Source: an uncultured virus (IMG/VR IMGVR_UViG_2687453470_000001) (taxonomy: Duplodnaviria > Heunggongvirae > Uroviricota > Caudoviricetes). Taken from it: 64,000 nucleotides of DNA. Location: IMG/VR virus record IMGVR_UViG_2687453470_000001; one strand, given 5' to 3'. The translations under genes were made by a program, and so were the position numbers. Each line of letters starts with the position of its first letter. The stretch's first letter is position 1. Of the stretch, positions 8,482 through 17,921 are shown piece after piece. Under the pieces are notes generated by a model, which was not told the origin of the DNA, made no database searches, and saw only the letters and a list, made by a program, of their open reading frames with translations.

Positions 8482-9344
8482 AAAAGGTTATCAGTTTTAG
8501 TGGTGGACGTACTTCAGGGTATGCAGTCAATCTCTTTAAAAATGATCCTGATGCTTATTTTATTTTTATGGATACTGGCGCAGAGCATCCAGCTACTTAC
8601 CAATTTATTAAAGATATTGTTAAACATTGGAAAATAAATCTTGTATGTCTTCGTGTAGTCGTTAATCCACAAATGAAAAAGGGTGTGGGCTACAAAATTA
8701 TACCCCTTGATGAGCTCAAACAAGACTTGGAACCTTGGAGAGATATGCTCAAAAAGTATGGAAGTCCTTATTACGATATGCCGTTTTGTACAGCTCGTAT
8801 GAAAACTGAACCTTTTGAAAAATATTGCAATGATGTGTTTGGGAAAAACAACTATGAACGATGGATTGGTATTAGATCTGATGAGCCAAAACGGTTGCCA
8901 ATTGAGGTTTTAGAAAAGCTTGGTTTACCTATTCATAAAGACGCAAAGAAGCAGAAAGCCGGGTTTAGATATTTAGCTGAAATTAGTGATTTCACTAAAG
9001 AAGATGTTTTGGACTGGTGGGAACAACAACCTTTTGATTTAGCAATTACAGAACATCTAGGTAATTGTGTTTTTTGTATTAAAAAACACTTAAACAAAGT
9101 TGCACTAGCTGCCAAAGACGAACCTGAACAAGCAGTGAAATGGATAGCGGTTACTGAAGGCGAAAACGTCAGATCTGAAGGTAGAAAATACAACCATCAT
9201 CGGATGTATCGAACGCGGTTACATTTGAGCGATGTTATAGAGGCTTTCAAAAATCATGACAGAGATGAGCTTTACAACGCTCTTAGAAGTAGCAAGCGCT
9301 ATGAAACAGGCTCTTGTACTGAATCATGCGAAGCCATTATTTGA
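8478..9344 (+). CDS. ninC: Lambda NinC homologue (PAPS-reductase-like)
   Basis: SFSGGRTS, MDTG.EHP.TY.F, WIGIR.DEPKRL, WW.QQPFDL.I.EHLGNC.FCIKK and TGSC.ESCE match NinC as recalled. Confidence 0.85.
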   Translation: MKKVISFSGGRTSGYAVNLFKNDPDAYFIFMDTGAEHPATYQFIKDIVKHWKINLVCLRVVVNPQMKKGVGYKIIPLDELKQDLEPWRDMLKKYGSPYYDMPFCTARMKTEPFEKYCNDVFGKNNYERWIGIRSDEPKRLPIEVLEKLGLPIHKDAKKQKAGFRYLAEISDFTKEDVLDWWEQQPFDLAITEHLGNCVFCIKKHLNKVALAAKDEPEQAVKWIAVTEGENVRSEGRKYNHHRMYRTRLHLSDVIEAFKNHDRDELYNALRSSKRYETGSCTESCEAII

Positions 9345-9355
9345 GGGAATGGTGG

Positions 9356-9754
9356 ATGAAGTTAACTAAACAACAACGGGCAGAGTTAAAACAAAAATTT
9401 GGCGGCCATTGTGCGTATTGCGGTGAAATGCTCGGTGATAAATGGCATGCGGATCATATCGAAGCTGTGAAACGAGATTTAATTCATGTTGGCGGTGGCA
9501 AGTTGATTACTGGAGAAATGACTAGACCGCAAAACGACACTTTGGAAAACATGAATCCAGCGTGTGTTCCTTGTAATACAAACAAGTCGTCTATGCCCTT
9601 GGAAGGGTGGCGGAGGATGCTCACACATTATCGTGATGTTCAGTTGTTACGAGATAGCACACATGCTCGTCATTTACTACGTTTTGGGCTGATTGAAATC
9701 AAATCTGAGCCTGTGAAGTTTTTCTTTGAGAGTTATAAAGAGGGCCAGTCATGA
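9356..9754 (+). CDS. HNH endonuclease
   Basis: CAYCG...DH...N..PAC..CN..K. Confidence 0.85.
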   Translation: MKLTKQQRAELKQKFGGHCAYCGEMLGDKWHADHIEAVKRDLIHVGGGKLITGEMTRPQNDTLENMNPACVPCNTNKSSMPLEGWRRMLTHYRDVQLLRDSTHARHLLRFGLIEIKSEPVKFFFESYKEGQS

Positions 9755-9933
9755 ATAAACCATTAGAAACTTTTGATATAGACGCAGCAAAGGCTCGCTA
9801 CGAAAAATTACGAGGCCGATATAACCGGAGTGGGCTATCTAATACTGATTACAACGAGCTACTTCAATTAGAAAAGGCAATCGAGCAAGCAAAGAAAGTT
9901 AATGAAGGAGCGCCGATTGATGAGCGAAAATAA
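9751..9933 (+). CDS. Hypothetical protein
   Basis: Coupled nin-region ORF. Confidence 0.6.
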   Translation: MNKPLETFDIDAAKARYEKLRGRYNRSGLSNTDYNELLQLEKAIEQAKKVNEGAPIDERK

Positions 9934-10321
9934 GTTATCACCAAGACAGTTGGTACTCATTCGACGGGCAGCTGAAGATGCTATACATGCTTGCAATAGA
10001 CATTACGGCCCATTTGTTGACTATGTTGCTCACCCATTAAATATCATTTCATTGGTTGATATGGCGCAAGAAAGCCTACACCAGCAAGAGCTAATAAAAC
10101 AAAAGGATACAGTAATAAAATTTGCTAACAGTATGGCGAATTTAGATCAACAGAAGTTCAAGGAATTACAAGAACGGATAAATCTTGCCCTGCAACAAAT
10201 ACAAGGCAATTTGCAATATGTTGAGCAGGATAAGAGAGAAAACTTTGAATTTCTGCAAATGGCTATGATTCGAGCATTTAAAGAATTAGAGAAAGTGCTC
10301 AATGGTGGTGAGCCTAAATGA
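9920..10321 (+). CDS. Hypothetical coiled-coil protein; C-terminus homologous to 56187..56411
   Basis: LQYVE.D.R.N.EFLQMAMIR shared. Confidence 0.7.
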   Translation: MSENKLSPRQLVLIRRAAEDAIHACNRHYGPFVDYVAHPLNIISLVDMAQESLHQQELIKQKDTVIKFANSMANLDQQKFKELQERINLALQQIQGNLQYVEQDKRENFEFLQMAMIRAFKELEKVLNGGEPK

Positions 10322-10725
10322 CATCGATGAGTTTAGCGGATTATCACTCTAAATTTCCAAACGGCCATAAAGCTAAAAAGGGCCGTAATAAATTTAATGC
10401 TTCAAAAGTCACATTAGATGGGATGACTTTCGACAGCAAAAAAGAACTCAAGCGATATATCGAACTTAAAGCCATGCAGCAACGCGGTGAAATCTTTGGA
10501 TTAGAGCACCATGCAAAATTTGAATTGGCTCCTAAAACTAAGATAGAGGGGGAAAAGAGAACAAAGCCGGCACTTAGATATTTTGCTGATTTTACTTACT
10601 ACCTCATCAATGGCGAGTACATCGTTGAGGACGTTAAGTCTATTGCTACTAGGAAATTACCTAGTTATCGCAATAAGAAACATTTAATGAAAACTGTACA
10701 CGGTATTGATATTAGAGAGGTTTGA
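10318..10725 (+). CDS. DUF1064-family PD-(D/E)XK nuclease
   Basis: DG.TFDSKKE..RY...Y.ADF.Y....VEDVK. Confidence 0.82.
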   Translation: MTSMSLADYHSKFPNGHKAKKGRNKFNASKVTLDGMTFDSKKELKRYIELKAMQQRGEIFGLEHHAKFELAPKTKIEGEKRTKPALRYFADFTYYLINGEYIVEDVKSIATRKLPSYRNKKHLMKTVHGIDIREV

Positions 10726-10734
10726 GAAAAGTTT

Positions 10735-11019
10735 ATGAGCGACATTGAAACGGTAGGCTGGACGGCAGATAAGCGGTTTTTCATATTAAAAATTAATATG
10801 GAAACGAGTTTGACTACAGATGATTGTGAGGTTTTAGCAGGATTGTTTGTTGAAAAATATAGTCTGGAATTTTCAGGCTGCCAGTTTCATGGAAAGCTCG
10901 CAGTGATATGTGGAGATAAAGTTTACGTGAATCCTTGGGCGCTTGATCAAGAAGCAAGTGTAGATGAACCAGTTGAGGAACTGTCATTTAGTGAGTTCCA
11001 AACGTTATTGAATAATTAA
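10735..11019 (+). CDS. Hypothetical protein
   Basis: Acidic 94 aa ORF in the operon. Confidence 0.6.
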   Translation: MSDIETVGWTADKRFFILKINMETSLTTDDCEVLAGLFVEKYSLEFSGCQFHGKLAVICGDKVYVNPWALDQEASVDEPVEELSFSEFQTLLNN

Positions 11020-11040
11020 GGTATAGGGGGTGCTTATCTT

Positions 11041-11604
11041 ATGACTACAGTTGTAATGGATTGGTCAAGATTTTCTATTTTTGAATGGTTCGTTTGTGGC
11101 TTAAACCCGAAATCACCTTCATTTGGTGCTGCGAACGTTAGATGTACTGATGGGAGGTCAATAGACTTTCATGACAAATTAGGGGTGGTAGCTGCAATGG
11201 GTGATCAACTAACAAAATCAGTTGCAATGGTCATTATGACCGAAGGAAAGTCCCAACGGGATTATGAATATGTTCGCAATCATTTAGCTAAAATAATGAT
11301 TGATGGAGCAGAGAAAGATAAAAGAAGAGAGCCTAAGGGGATAGCTATTTACCACTTAGCTTGGTTAATTGCTCGTATTGTTATTGATTTTGCTTTAGAT
11401 CCCGAATTAGAAAACGCACATAAGGATCCTGGTCGACTTGTTTATGCCGGCATTAGAAGTTTCCAAATGGATCCGGAGGTATACCGCAAAACATGGAAAC
11501 GATACGAAGATATGATGATTGCCGCGCTTAATGAAGAAATTTTAAAAGCTACTGTAATCGCTGAACGCTATAAGAAAGAAACCTTAAATGAAGCAAGAAA
11601 TTAG
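11041..11604 (+). CDS. Putative late antiterminator (Q position)
   Basis: Last early-right gene, followed by a promoter and terminator like pR'. Confidence 0.6.
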   Translation: MTTVVMDWSRFSIFEWFVCGLNPKSPSFGAANVRCTDGRSIDFHDKLGVVAAMGDQLTKSVAMVIMTEGKSQRDYEYVRNHLAKIMIDGAEKDKRREPKGIAIYHLAWLIARIVIDFALDPELENAHKDPGRLVYAGIRSFQMDPEVYRKTWKRYEDMMIAALNEEILKATVIAERYKKETLNEARN

Positions 11605-11605
11605 T

Positions 11606-11707
11606 TTCCACTTTTGTGCTATTTGAGGTATAGTTTTATTAAATTGGTCGAAGTATAAATTAGACCAAATTGCATTTAAAAGCTCATCTAAACAGGTGGG
11701 CTTTTTT
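11606..11707 (+). promoter_or_regulatory. pR'-like late promoter and terminator
   Basis: TTCCAC-17bp-TATAGT, then hairpin aaaagctcatctaaacaggtgggctttttt; parallels 57554-57660. Confidence 0.55.
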
Positions 11708-11784
11708 ATGGCCTCATTAAAAGCTCGGGTCCTTAAGGATACCGAGTTTTTTTATTTTTAGTCTTAATTCTAGGAATAAACAGC

Positions 11785-12015
11785 ATGACTATGACAAACG
11801 CTGAATTAGAGAATGAAATCAAAGCTCTAAAAACTCAAATTACATCTCTTCAAGGAACTGTTAGCAATAAAGCTGATGCTACAGCAGTAAGTGCTTTGAA
11901 TGCCCGAGTTACTAGTGTGGAAGGTGTAAATACAAGCCAAGGTAATTCAATCACTACTTTGAATAATGGCTTAAATGCAGTTTCGACACGTGTTACTGCA
12001 TTAGAAAATAAATAA
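11785..12015 (+). CDS. Small heptad-repeat coiled-coil protein (moron)
   Basis: L..RVT.VE / ITTL..GL / RVTALE heptads; flanked by two related hairpins. Confidence 0.7.
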   Translation: MTMTNAELENEIKALKTQITSLQGTVSNKADATAVSALNARVTSVEGVNTSQGNSITTLNNGLNAVSTRVTALENK

Positions 12016-12200
12016 ATAAAAAACTCGGTCCCAAATGGAGACCGAGTTTTTTTATATCGAGTAAAACTGGGGACGAAGTACTGCGGTAACAGCACTTCGA
12101 CCTCCTGACAGATGTAGCCTGCCAAAAGCCAAGCCCAGCTATCGTGCACACGATTTGCGAAGGCTATCAAAAATATAAGCTTTTGCACAGGAAAATTTTT

Positions 12201-12971
12201 ATGAAATCAAAACCAATAATTCCATGGCAAGGTGGTAAAACCCGTTTGGCTAAGGATTTGTTGTGTAAGTTCCCAGAACATTCATGTTATGTGGAATTAT
12301 TTTGTGGTGGAGCAGCATTATTCTTCTTAAGAGAAGGACCAGCAAGAACTGAAGTAATAAATGATCTGAATGGCGAGTTGGTAAATCTGTACCGGGTAGT
12401 GCAGAACCATTTAGAAGAATTTGTGCGTCAATTCAAATGGTGCATTTCAAGTCGCCAGATTTTTGAATGGGAAAAACTAAAAGTACCAGACACACTAACG
12501 GATATTCAGCGAGCTGCAAGATTTTATTACCTTCAGCAACATGCGTTTGGTGGTAAGGTTTCTGGGCAGACATTTGGATATGCAACAACAGGCCGCTCTT
12601 TAAATCTCTTGCGGATAGAGGAAAGTTTAAGTGCAGCACATTTGCGTTTGAATGGAGTCTATATTGAAAACCTGTCCTGGGATATTTGCTTTGATAAGTA
12701 TGACCGGGAACATACATTTTTTTATGCTGATCCGCCGTATCTAGATACAGCAGGTTATGGAGTAGATTTTCCATTAGATCAGTATGAACTTCTTTCTGAA
12801 AAGATGAAGACTTGCAAAGGGAAGGTAATGCTATCAATTAATGATCATGAAAAGATTCGTGAAATCTTTAAAGGTTTTAATTTTGCATGTACTTCAATTA
12901 ATTATTCTGTTGGTCGTGATTTGGCTGCTAAGAGTAAGAAAAGTAATGAACTGATAATTATGAATTATTGA
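12201..12971 (+). CDS. D12-class N6-adenine DNA methyltransferase (Dam-like)
   Basis: W.GGK..LA, YVELFCGGAA, EVINDLN and FFYADPPY motifs. Confidence 0.93.
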   Translation: MKSKPIIPWQGGKTRLAKDLLCKFPEHSCYVELFCGGAALFFLREGPARTEVINDLNGELVNLYRVVQNHLEEFVRQFKWCISSRQIFEWEKLKVPDTLTDIQRAARFYYLQQHAFGGKVSGQTFGYATTGRSLNLLRIEESLSAAHLRLNGVYIENLSWDICFDKYDREHTFFYADPPYLDTAGYGVDFPLDQYELLSEKMKTCKGKVMLSINDHEKIREIFKGFNFACTSINYSVGRDLAAKSKKSNELIIMNY

Positions 12972-13078
12972 TCTCATAATTTGGTTTAAAAGTTTGCCGT
13001 AATAATTGCGGCGCAAACGGCCCCTCTAAAAAATGGTTATTGGAGGGGCTTTTTCTTTTTGGAGAAATAAAAGTGCGT

Positions 13079-13276
13079 ATGAGCCGATTATTACTAGCCA
13101 CAACTGCTGGATTAATGGCCTTAAATACAAAACTAAGTGTTTTAAGCGCCTTGGTTGCATCATGTGGACACGCATCACCTTTGAGCTGTAAGGCAAATAC
13201 AGTAAAGAGTAAACCTAACAAACTAAGTCAAAAGAAAAAACGCCTTATTGCTCGTCGTCTTAATAAACATAAGTGA
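13079..13276 (+). CDS. Small basic protein with hydrophobic N-terminus
   Basis: GGAG RBS upstream; ORF. Confidence 0.5.
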   Translation: MSRLLLATTAGLMALNTKLSVLSALVASCGHASPLSCKANTVKSKPNKLSQKKKRLIARRLNKHK

Positions 13277-13285
13277 GCTGGATAA

Positions 13286-13459
13286 ATGGACAAAAACGAA
13301 GCTAAAAAAAATCTGGATAAATATTCACAGGAACTTGAGCGTTATCAAAATCTCTCCAGATCGGGTCTTAGCCGTGATGAAATGTTAGTTATCGATAGAA
13401 TAATTCTTAGATTAAAAAAGCAAGTTAATAATTTACGGACGGCCTTATATGGACAGTAA
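13286..13459 (+). CDS. Hypothetical protein, 57 aa (MDKNEAKKNLDKY...)
   Basis: Read manually; overlaps start of next gene. Confidence 0.6.
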   Translation: MDKNEAKKNLDKYSQELERYQNLSRSGLSRDEMLVIDRIILRLKKQVNNLRTALYGQ

Positions 13460-13916
13460 CGATTATTTTTGGCTTACAAGAAAAAAAGAACCAAGAACAA
13501 AACCAAAAAGCCGCCCATTACCCAAAGCAACTCAAAAATACCTAGAAGCTGAAGAAGAATTTACTCATGCATTAGATGTGCTTGAAATCAAATATGAAAA
13601 GAAATTTAAGTTTAAATCTACAAAACATTGGCGATTTGATTTTCATTTAATTGAACATCGTATTCTGGTCGAAATTGCGGGTGGTCCATGGTCAGGTGGT
13701 CGAAAAGGTAAGCTCAAAGATAAAGCTTGGAGTATGGATCGATACGATGATGCTGAAGCAATGGGATATACGGTTGTTCGGTTAGAGGCAGCACCAAGTT
13801 TTAAAATTAATGAATCTGGCCCGTTACAGATACAAGCTCATTTTGCTAGTCAGTGGCTTAAAAACTTAAAGAGGCAAATATTTAATGGATCAGATCAGAC
13901 CGTTTCCACCAACTGA
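13449..13916 (+). CDS. DUF559/Vsr-like endonuclease-domain protein
   Basis: WRFDF....ILVEI.GG.W.GGR; homologue of 58304..58738. Confidence 0.78.
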   Translation: MDSNDYFWLTRKKEPRTKPKSRPLPKATQKYLEAEEEFTHALDVLEIKYEKKFKFKSTKHWRFDFHLIEHRILVEIAGGPWSGGRKGKLKDKAWSMDRYDDAEAMGYTVVRLEAAPSFKINESGPLQIQAHFASQWLKNLKRQIFNGSDQTVSTN

Positions 13917-14526
13917 TTTTATTGATCAAGCTGAAGAAGAGGAAGCAATTCGTTTAATACCGGCTCCAGACCTAAAAAAATGGGTTGTGGCTAATTACTT
14001 AACGATTGGTGGGCCTCTTTATAATCCAGATCATGATCATATTGCTGAGTTACTTCATGATAATGAAGAGTTCTTGGCATTTGCTTGGGCCTCTTCTGCA
14101 TATAAAAGCAAGCAGGCGATGGTGCTGGGGCAGTGTGAAAAAGTAATGTTTAACGTCGGTGGCTGGCGTAAAGCTAGACAAGAGCAACAGATGCGTGACT
14201 GGTTCGGTTTTGTGCCAACATACTTAATAACTGTCGACGCTTCTTTCTGTGAGCGTGCAAACGATACAGAGTTCTGTTATTTGCTTGAACATGAGCTTTA
14301 CCACATTGGAGTGATGAGAGACGAGGACGGAGAAATTGTTTATAGCGATAGTTCTGGTCTGCCTAAGCACTATCTTGCTGGTCATGACGTTGAAGAGTTT
14401 ATTGGCGTAGTTAAACGGTGGGGACCAAGTAAGAATGTTAAGCGACTTATTGAGGTCGCAAAAAATCCGCCGTTTGTTTCTGATTTAGATATTGCGAGAT
14501 GCTGCGGGAACTGTGTAATCAATTGA
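13885..14526 (+). CDS. Putative phage metallopeptidase
   Basis: EHELYH (HExxH) and GHDVEEF. Confidence 0.8.
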   Translation: MDQIRPFPPTDFIDQAEEEEAIRLIPAPDLKKWVVANYLTIGGPLYNPDHDHIAELLHDNEEFLAFAWASSAYKSKQAMVLGQCEKVMFNVGGWRKARQEQQMRDWFGFVPTYLITVDASFCERANDTEFCYLLEHELYHIGVMRDEDGEIVYSDSSGLPKHYLAGHDVEEFIGVVKRWGPSKNVKRLIEVAKNPPFVSDLDIARCCGNCVIN

Positions 14527-14584
14527 GCCTTATGGCTCTTTTTTTTGTCCTGTTTGCTGTACGTAGCTGTACGAAGGGGAATTT

Positions 14585-15055
14585 ATGGCAGCACTAAAAG
14601 AGCCTGTGAAAATATTTATTGTTCAAGCTCTTGCATGCCGTGATACCCCTCAAGAAGTGGTTGAACAGGTCAAGCAAGAGTTTGGAGTTGATATTAGTCG
14701 TAGCCAATGCGAATGCTATGACCCAACAAAATATTCGGGCAGAAACTTAAGCAAGAAGTTTGTTGAGCTTTTTGAATTAACCAGAGAGAAGTTTGATAAA
14801 GGCTTAATTGATATTCCTATTGCTAATAAGTACTACCGACTGAAGCAATACCAAAGACAGCTTGAGAAGACTAGAAACGTCAAAACAGCCTTAAAAATTC
14901 TTGAGCAAGCCGCTAAAGACATTGGTGGTCAATTTACTAATCGTCAAGAAATTACAGGCAAAGACGGCGGACCAGTTCAAACAGTTAATTCTGAAATTCC
15001 AGTTCCAATGGAAGATTACTTAAAAGCGCGGAGGGAAGTCTTAGATGAGTACTGA
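14585..15055 (+). CDS. Terminase small subunit (DUF2280-like)
   Basis: Directly before terL; EITGKDGGP C-terminal motif. Confidence 0.82.
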   Translation: MAALKEPVKIFIVQALACRDTPQEVVEQVKQEFGVDISRSQCECYDPTKYSGRNLSKKFVELFELTREKFDKGLIDIPIANKYYRLKQYQRQLEKTRNVKTALKILEQAAKDIGGQFTNRQEITGKDGGPVQTVNSEIPVPMEDYLKARREVLDEY

Positions 15056-16472
15056 TGCGGCTCGGGATAAAGCCATCCAGATCGAGGCGCAAGAAGATTT
15101 ATATTTCTTTACAAGGTACATGTTTAAGGAGCGCCGAGGCTACAAATGGATGCAAAATTGGCACCACTTAGAAATCTGCGAAGCATTAATGAAAGTTTAT
15201 CGCGGTGAGACTAAGCGGTTAATTATTAACGTACCACCTCGATATTCAAAAACTGAAATTGCTGTAATTAATTTTATGGCTTGGTGTTTTGGAAAGAAAC
15301 CTGACTGTGAGTTTATTCATATCAGTTACTCGGCAATGCTTGCCGCAAATAATGCATTTCAGACTCGTAATATGGTTCAAGAAAAGGCTTATAAAAAGGT
15401 CTTTCCTGATCTTAAATTACGTGAGGATAGTAAAGCTAAGGATTTCTGGCGCACAGATGCAGGCGGAGTCTGCTATGCGACTGGTACTGGCGGTACCATT
15501 ACAGGTTTTGGTGCAGGCAAAATGCGTGAAGGCTTTGGTGGTTGCATCATCATTGATGACCCGCATAAGGCCGATGAAGCCAAATCAAAAACTATCCGTG
15601 AAGGTGTAATTGACTGGTTCCAAAATACTCTCGAGTCTCGTACTAACTCACCAGAAACGCCAATTATTGTCATTATGCAGCGTCTTCATGAAGATGATTT
15701 GGCTGGATGGCTGCTAGGTGATAGAAAAGACGGCGTTCCTGTAGCTGGTGGTAACGGTGAAGTGTGGGAGCATCTATGTCTTTCGGCTATTCAAGAAGAC
15801 GGATCTGCATTGTGGCCAGCAAAACACAATATTCAAAAGTTGAAGCAAATGGAGCAAGCTGCGCCGTATGTTTTTGCCGGGCAATATCGTCAAATGCCAT
15901 CACCGCCAGCAGGTGGTTTTTTTAAGCCTGACAATATTGAAATTGTGGATGCTTTACCTGCTGATGTAGTGAAGCAAGTAAGGGCTTGGGACTTTGGTGC
16001 TACTGAGAATGAAGGCGACTTTACAGCAGGTGTTAGAGAAGCTCTTGGCGCAGATGGTTTTACTTACATTGTCGATGTTACAAGAGGACAGCTTGGTCCA
16101 GACAATGTTAATAAGCGCTTAAAACAAGTCACAGAGTTAGATGGGATGGGCGTAACGGTAAGGATTCCTCAAGATCCTGGTCAAGCTGGTAAATCACAAG
16201 CTAGTGCATTCGTAAAACTTCTTGCAGGATATGACGTCAAAGCCAAACCAGTTTCGGGAGACAAACTCACACGTGCACAACCTTTTGCGGCGCAAGTTAA
16301 CGTGGGTAACGTGAGAATGCTTAGAGGTGATTGGAATAAAGACTTTATTGAAGAGCTTCGCAATTTTCCAAATGGAACGCATGACGACCAAGTTGATGCT
16401 GGTTCAGATGCATTTAATGAATTGAATGGAGGTTTTGAGGCCTTCTTTGCTGATATGGGATTTGCTCGATGA
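15045..16472 (+). CDS. terL: Terminase large subunit
   Basis: PPRYSKT Walker A, IIIDDP Walker B, FPNGTHDDQVD nuclease motif. Confidence 0.95.
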   Translation: MSTDAARDKAIQIEAQEDLYFFTRYMFKERRGYKWMQNWHHLEICEALMKVYRGETKRLIINVPPRYSKTEIAVINFMAWCFGKKPDCEFIHISYSAMLAANNAFQTRNMVQEKAYKKVFPDLKLREDSKAKDFWRTDAGGVCYATGTGGTITGFGAGKMREGFGGCIIIDDPHKADEAKSKTIREGVIDWFQNTLESRTNSPETPIIVIMQRLHEDDLAGWLLGDRKDGVPVAGGNGEVWEHLCLSAIQEDGSALWPAKHNIQKLKQMEQAAPYVFAGQYRQMPSPPAGGFFKPDNIEIVDALPADVVKQVRAWDFGATENEGDFTAGVREALGADGFTYIVDVTRGQLGPDNVNKRLKQVTELDGMGVTVRIPQDPGQAGKSQASAFVKLLAGYDVKAKPVSGDKLTRAQPFAAQVNVGNVRMLRGDWNKDFIEELRNFPNGTHDDQVDAGSDAFNELNGGFEAFFADMGFAR

Positions 16473-17920
16473 GTGACGTAACTTTTAAACATCCTGAATA
16501 TGTTAAAAACTTGCCATATTGGCAGAAGCTAGATGATGTGTGTGAAGGCGAGGATGCTGTAAAGGCTAAAGGAGAAAAGTATCTTCCGAAACCCAATGCT
16601 CATGATCAATCACCTGCAAATAAAAGTGCTTATGAGGCTTATCGTACTCGGGCAGTCTTTTATGAAGTAACGGGGACTACATCTAATAGTTTAGTTGGTG
16701 CAGCTTTTGCAACCGATCCAAGTTTTAAATTTCCTCCAGAACTAGCTCACTTAGAACGCAATGCTAACGGCGCGGGATTAAGTGCTTATCAATTGGCACA
16801 GAACGGGATCCGACATTTATTAAAGCATTATCGTTGTGCTTTATATGTTGACTATCCTGCAGTTACACCGGCTCGAAATCTTGCGGAGTTTAAACAGCAA
16901 AAAGCCTACCCGATGATTCACTTATTGAATGCCATTGATGTGATCAATTGGGATTCAATGATGATTGATAACCAGAAAAAGCTTTGCTTGGTGGTCATCC
17001 GTGAATTTACTTCAGAACGAGGCGCTGATGGCTTTAGCAAATCTGAGGTAGAGCAATACAGAGTACTTCGTTTAGAGCCTGATAATGAAGGAAACTTCAT
17101 CTATACAGTTCAAGTTTACACAAAAGGCGACAAGGGTACATGGAAGGGCGAAGATAAGAAGTATCCCACTGATAATAACGGGGATTTCTGGTCTTATATT
17201 CCATTCACTTTTGTGGGGGCTATTGATAACTCTGAAGAGATTAAAAAGCCTCCATTGCTCCCATTGGCTAATCTTAATTTAGCTCATTATAGAGATAGTG
17301 CGGACTTTCAAGAGTCCGTTTTTTATATGGGCCAACCACAGTTTTATGCTAAGGGAGTTAATTGGGCTTGGTATGACGAGGCTAAAAAGCGTGGCATTTA
17401 TATCGGTGCGAAAGTTCTATTACCTTTACCTGAAAACGGTGATTTGGGGATTGTACAAGCAGATCCAAACACATTAGCACGGGAAGCTATGAAGGATAAG
17501 TGGGAGCAAATGAAGGAGCTTGGTGCTCGACTTATTGAAAAAGGTTCCGCAGCTAAAAAGACTGCTACTGAATCTAACAGTGATGATGCCGTGCAGCATT
17601 CCGTTCTTTCACTTTGTGTTGTGAATATGAATGAAGCTTTGTCTATGGCTTTACGTTGGGCTGCTAAATTTGTAGTACCTAATGTTGATGTTCTGACTAA
17701 AGATGAACTGATGTTCGAAATTAGTCAGGAATTTAACAAGCAAGGTTATTTAGCTGAGTTGGCTCGTCAATTGTTTGAAGCAGCTTTACAAGGTAGATCT
17801 TCATTCAAATCTTGGTGGGAATACAACCAAACAGGAATGTTTCCTAAACAAAAATATGAAGAAGAAATCCTAAATGTTGAAGCTGAACAGGATGGGACTT
17901 TGAATCAAGGAGTGAATTGA
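16469..17920 (+). CDS. Portal protein (DUF4055-like)
   Basis: Position after terL; PPLLPLANLNLAHYR.SAD motif. Confidence 0.88.
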   Translation: MSDVTFKHPEYVKNLPYWQKLDDVCEGEDAVKAKGEKYLPKPNAHDQSPANKSAYEAYRTRAVFYEVTGTTSNSLVGAAFATDPSFKFPPELAHLERNANGAGLSAYQLAQNGIRHLLKHYRCALYVDYPAVTPARNLAEFKQQKAYPMIHLLNAIDVINWDSMMIDNQKKLCLVVIREFTSERGADGFSKSEVEQYRVLRLEPDNEGNFIYTVQVYTKGDKGTWKGEDKKYPTDNNGDFWSYIPFTFVGAIDNSEEIKKPPLLPLANLNLAHYRDSADFQESVFYMGQPQFYAKGVNWAWYDEAKKRGIYIGAKVLLPLPENGDLGIVQADPNTLAREAMKDKWEQMKELGARLIEKGSAAKKTATESNSDDAVQHSVLSLCVVNMNEALSMALRWAAKFVVPNVDVLTKDELMFEISQEFNKQGYLAELARQLFEAALQGRSSFKSWWEYNQTGMFPKQKYEEEILNVEAEQDGTLNQGVN

Positions 17921-17921
17921 T

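Larger units (their letters stand above)
14176..17805 (+). repeat. ~3.63 kb direct repeat, copy 1 (copy 2 at 58998..62627)
   Basis: No differences seen by eye, and out-of-frame ORFs are identical too; offset 44,822 bp; divergence starts abruptly on both sides. Confidence 0.88.

Noticed and set aside
15289..16596. Alternative-frame ORFs conserved in both prophages
   Set aside because: Conservation only reflects the nucleotide-identical repeat
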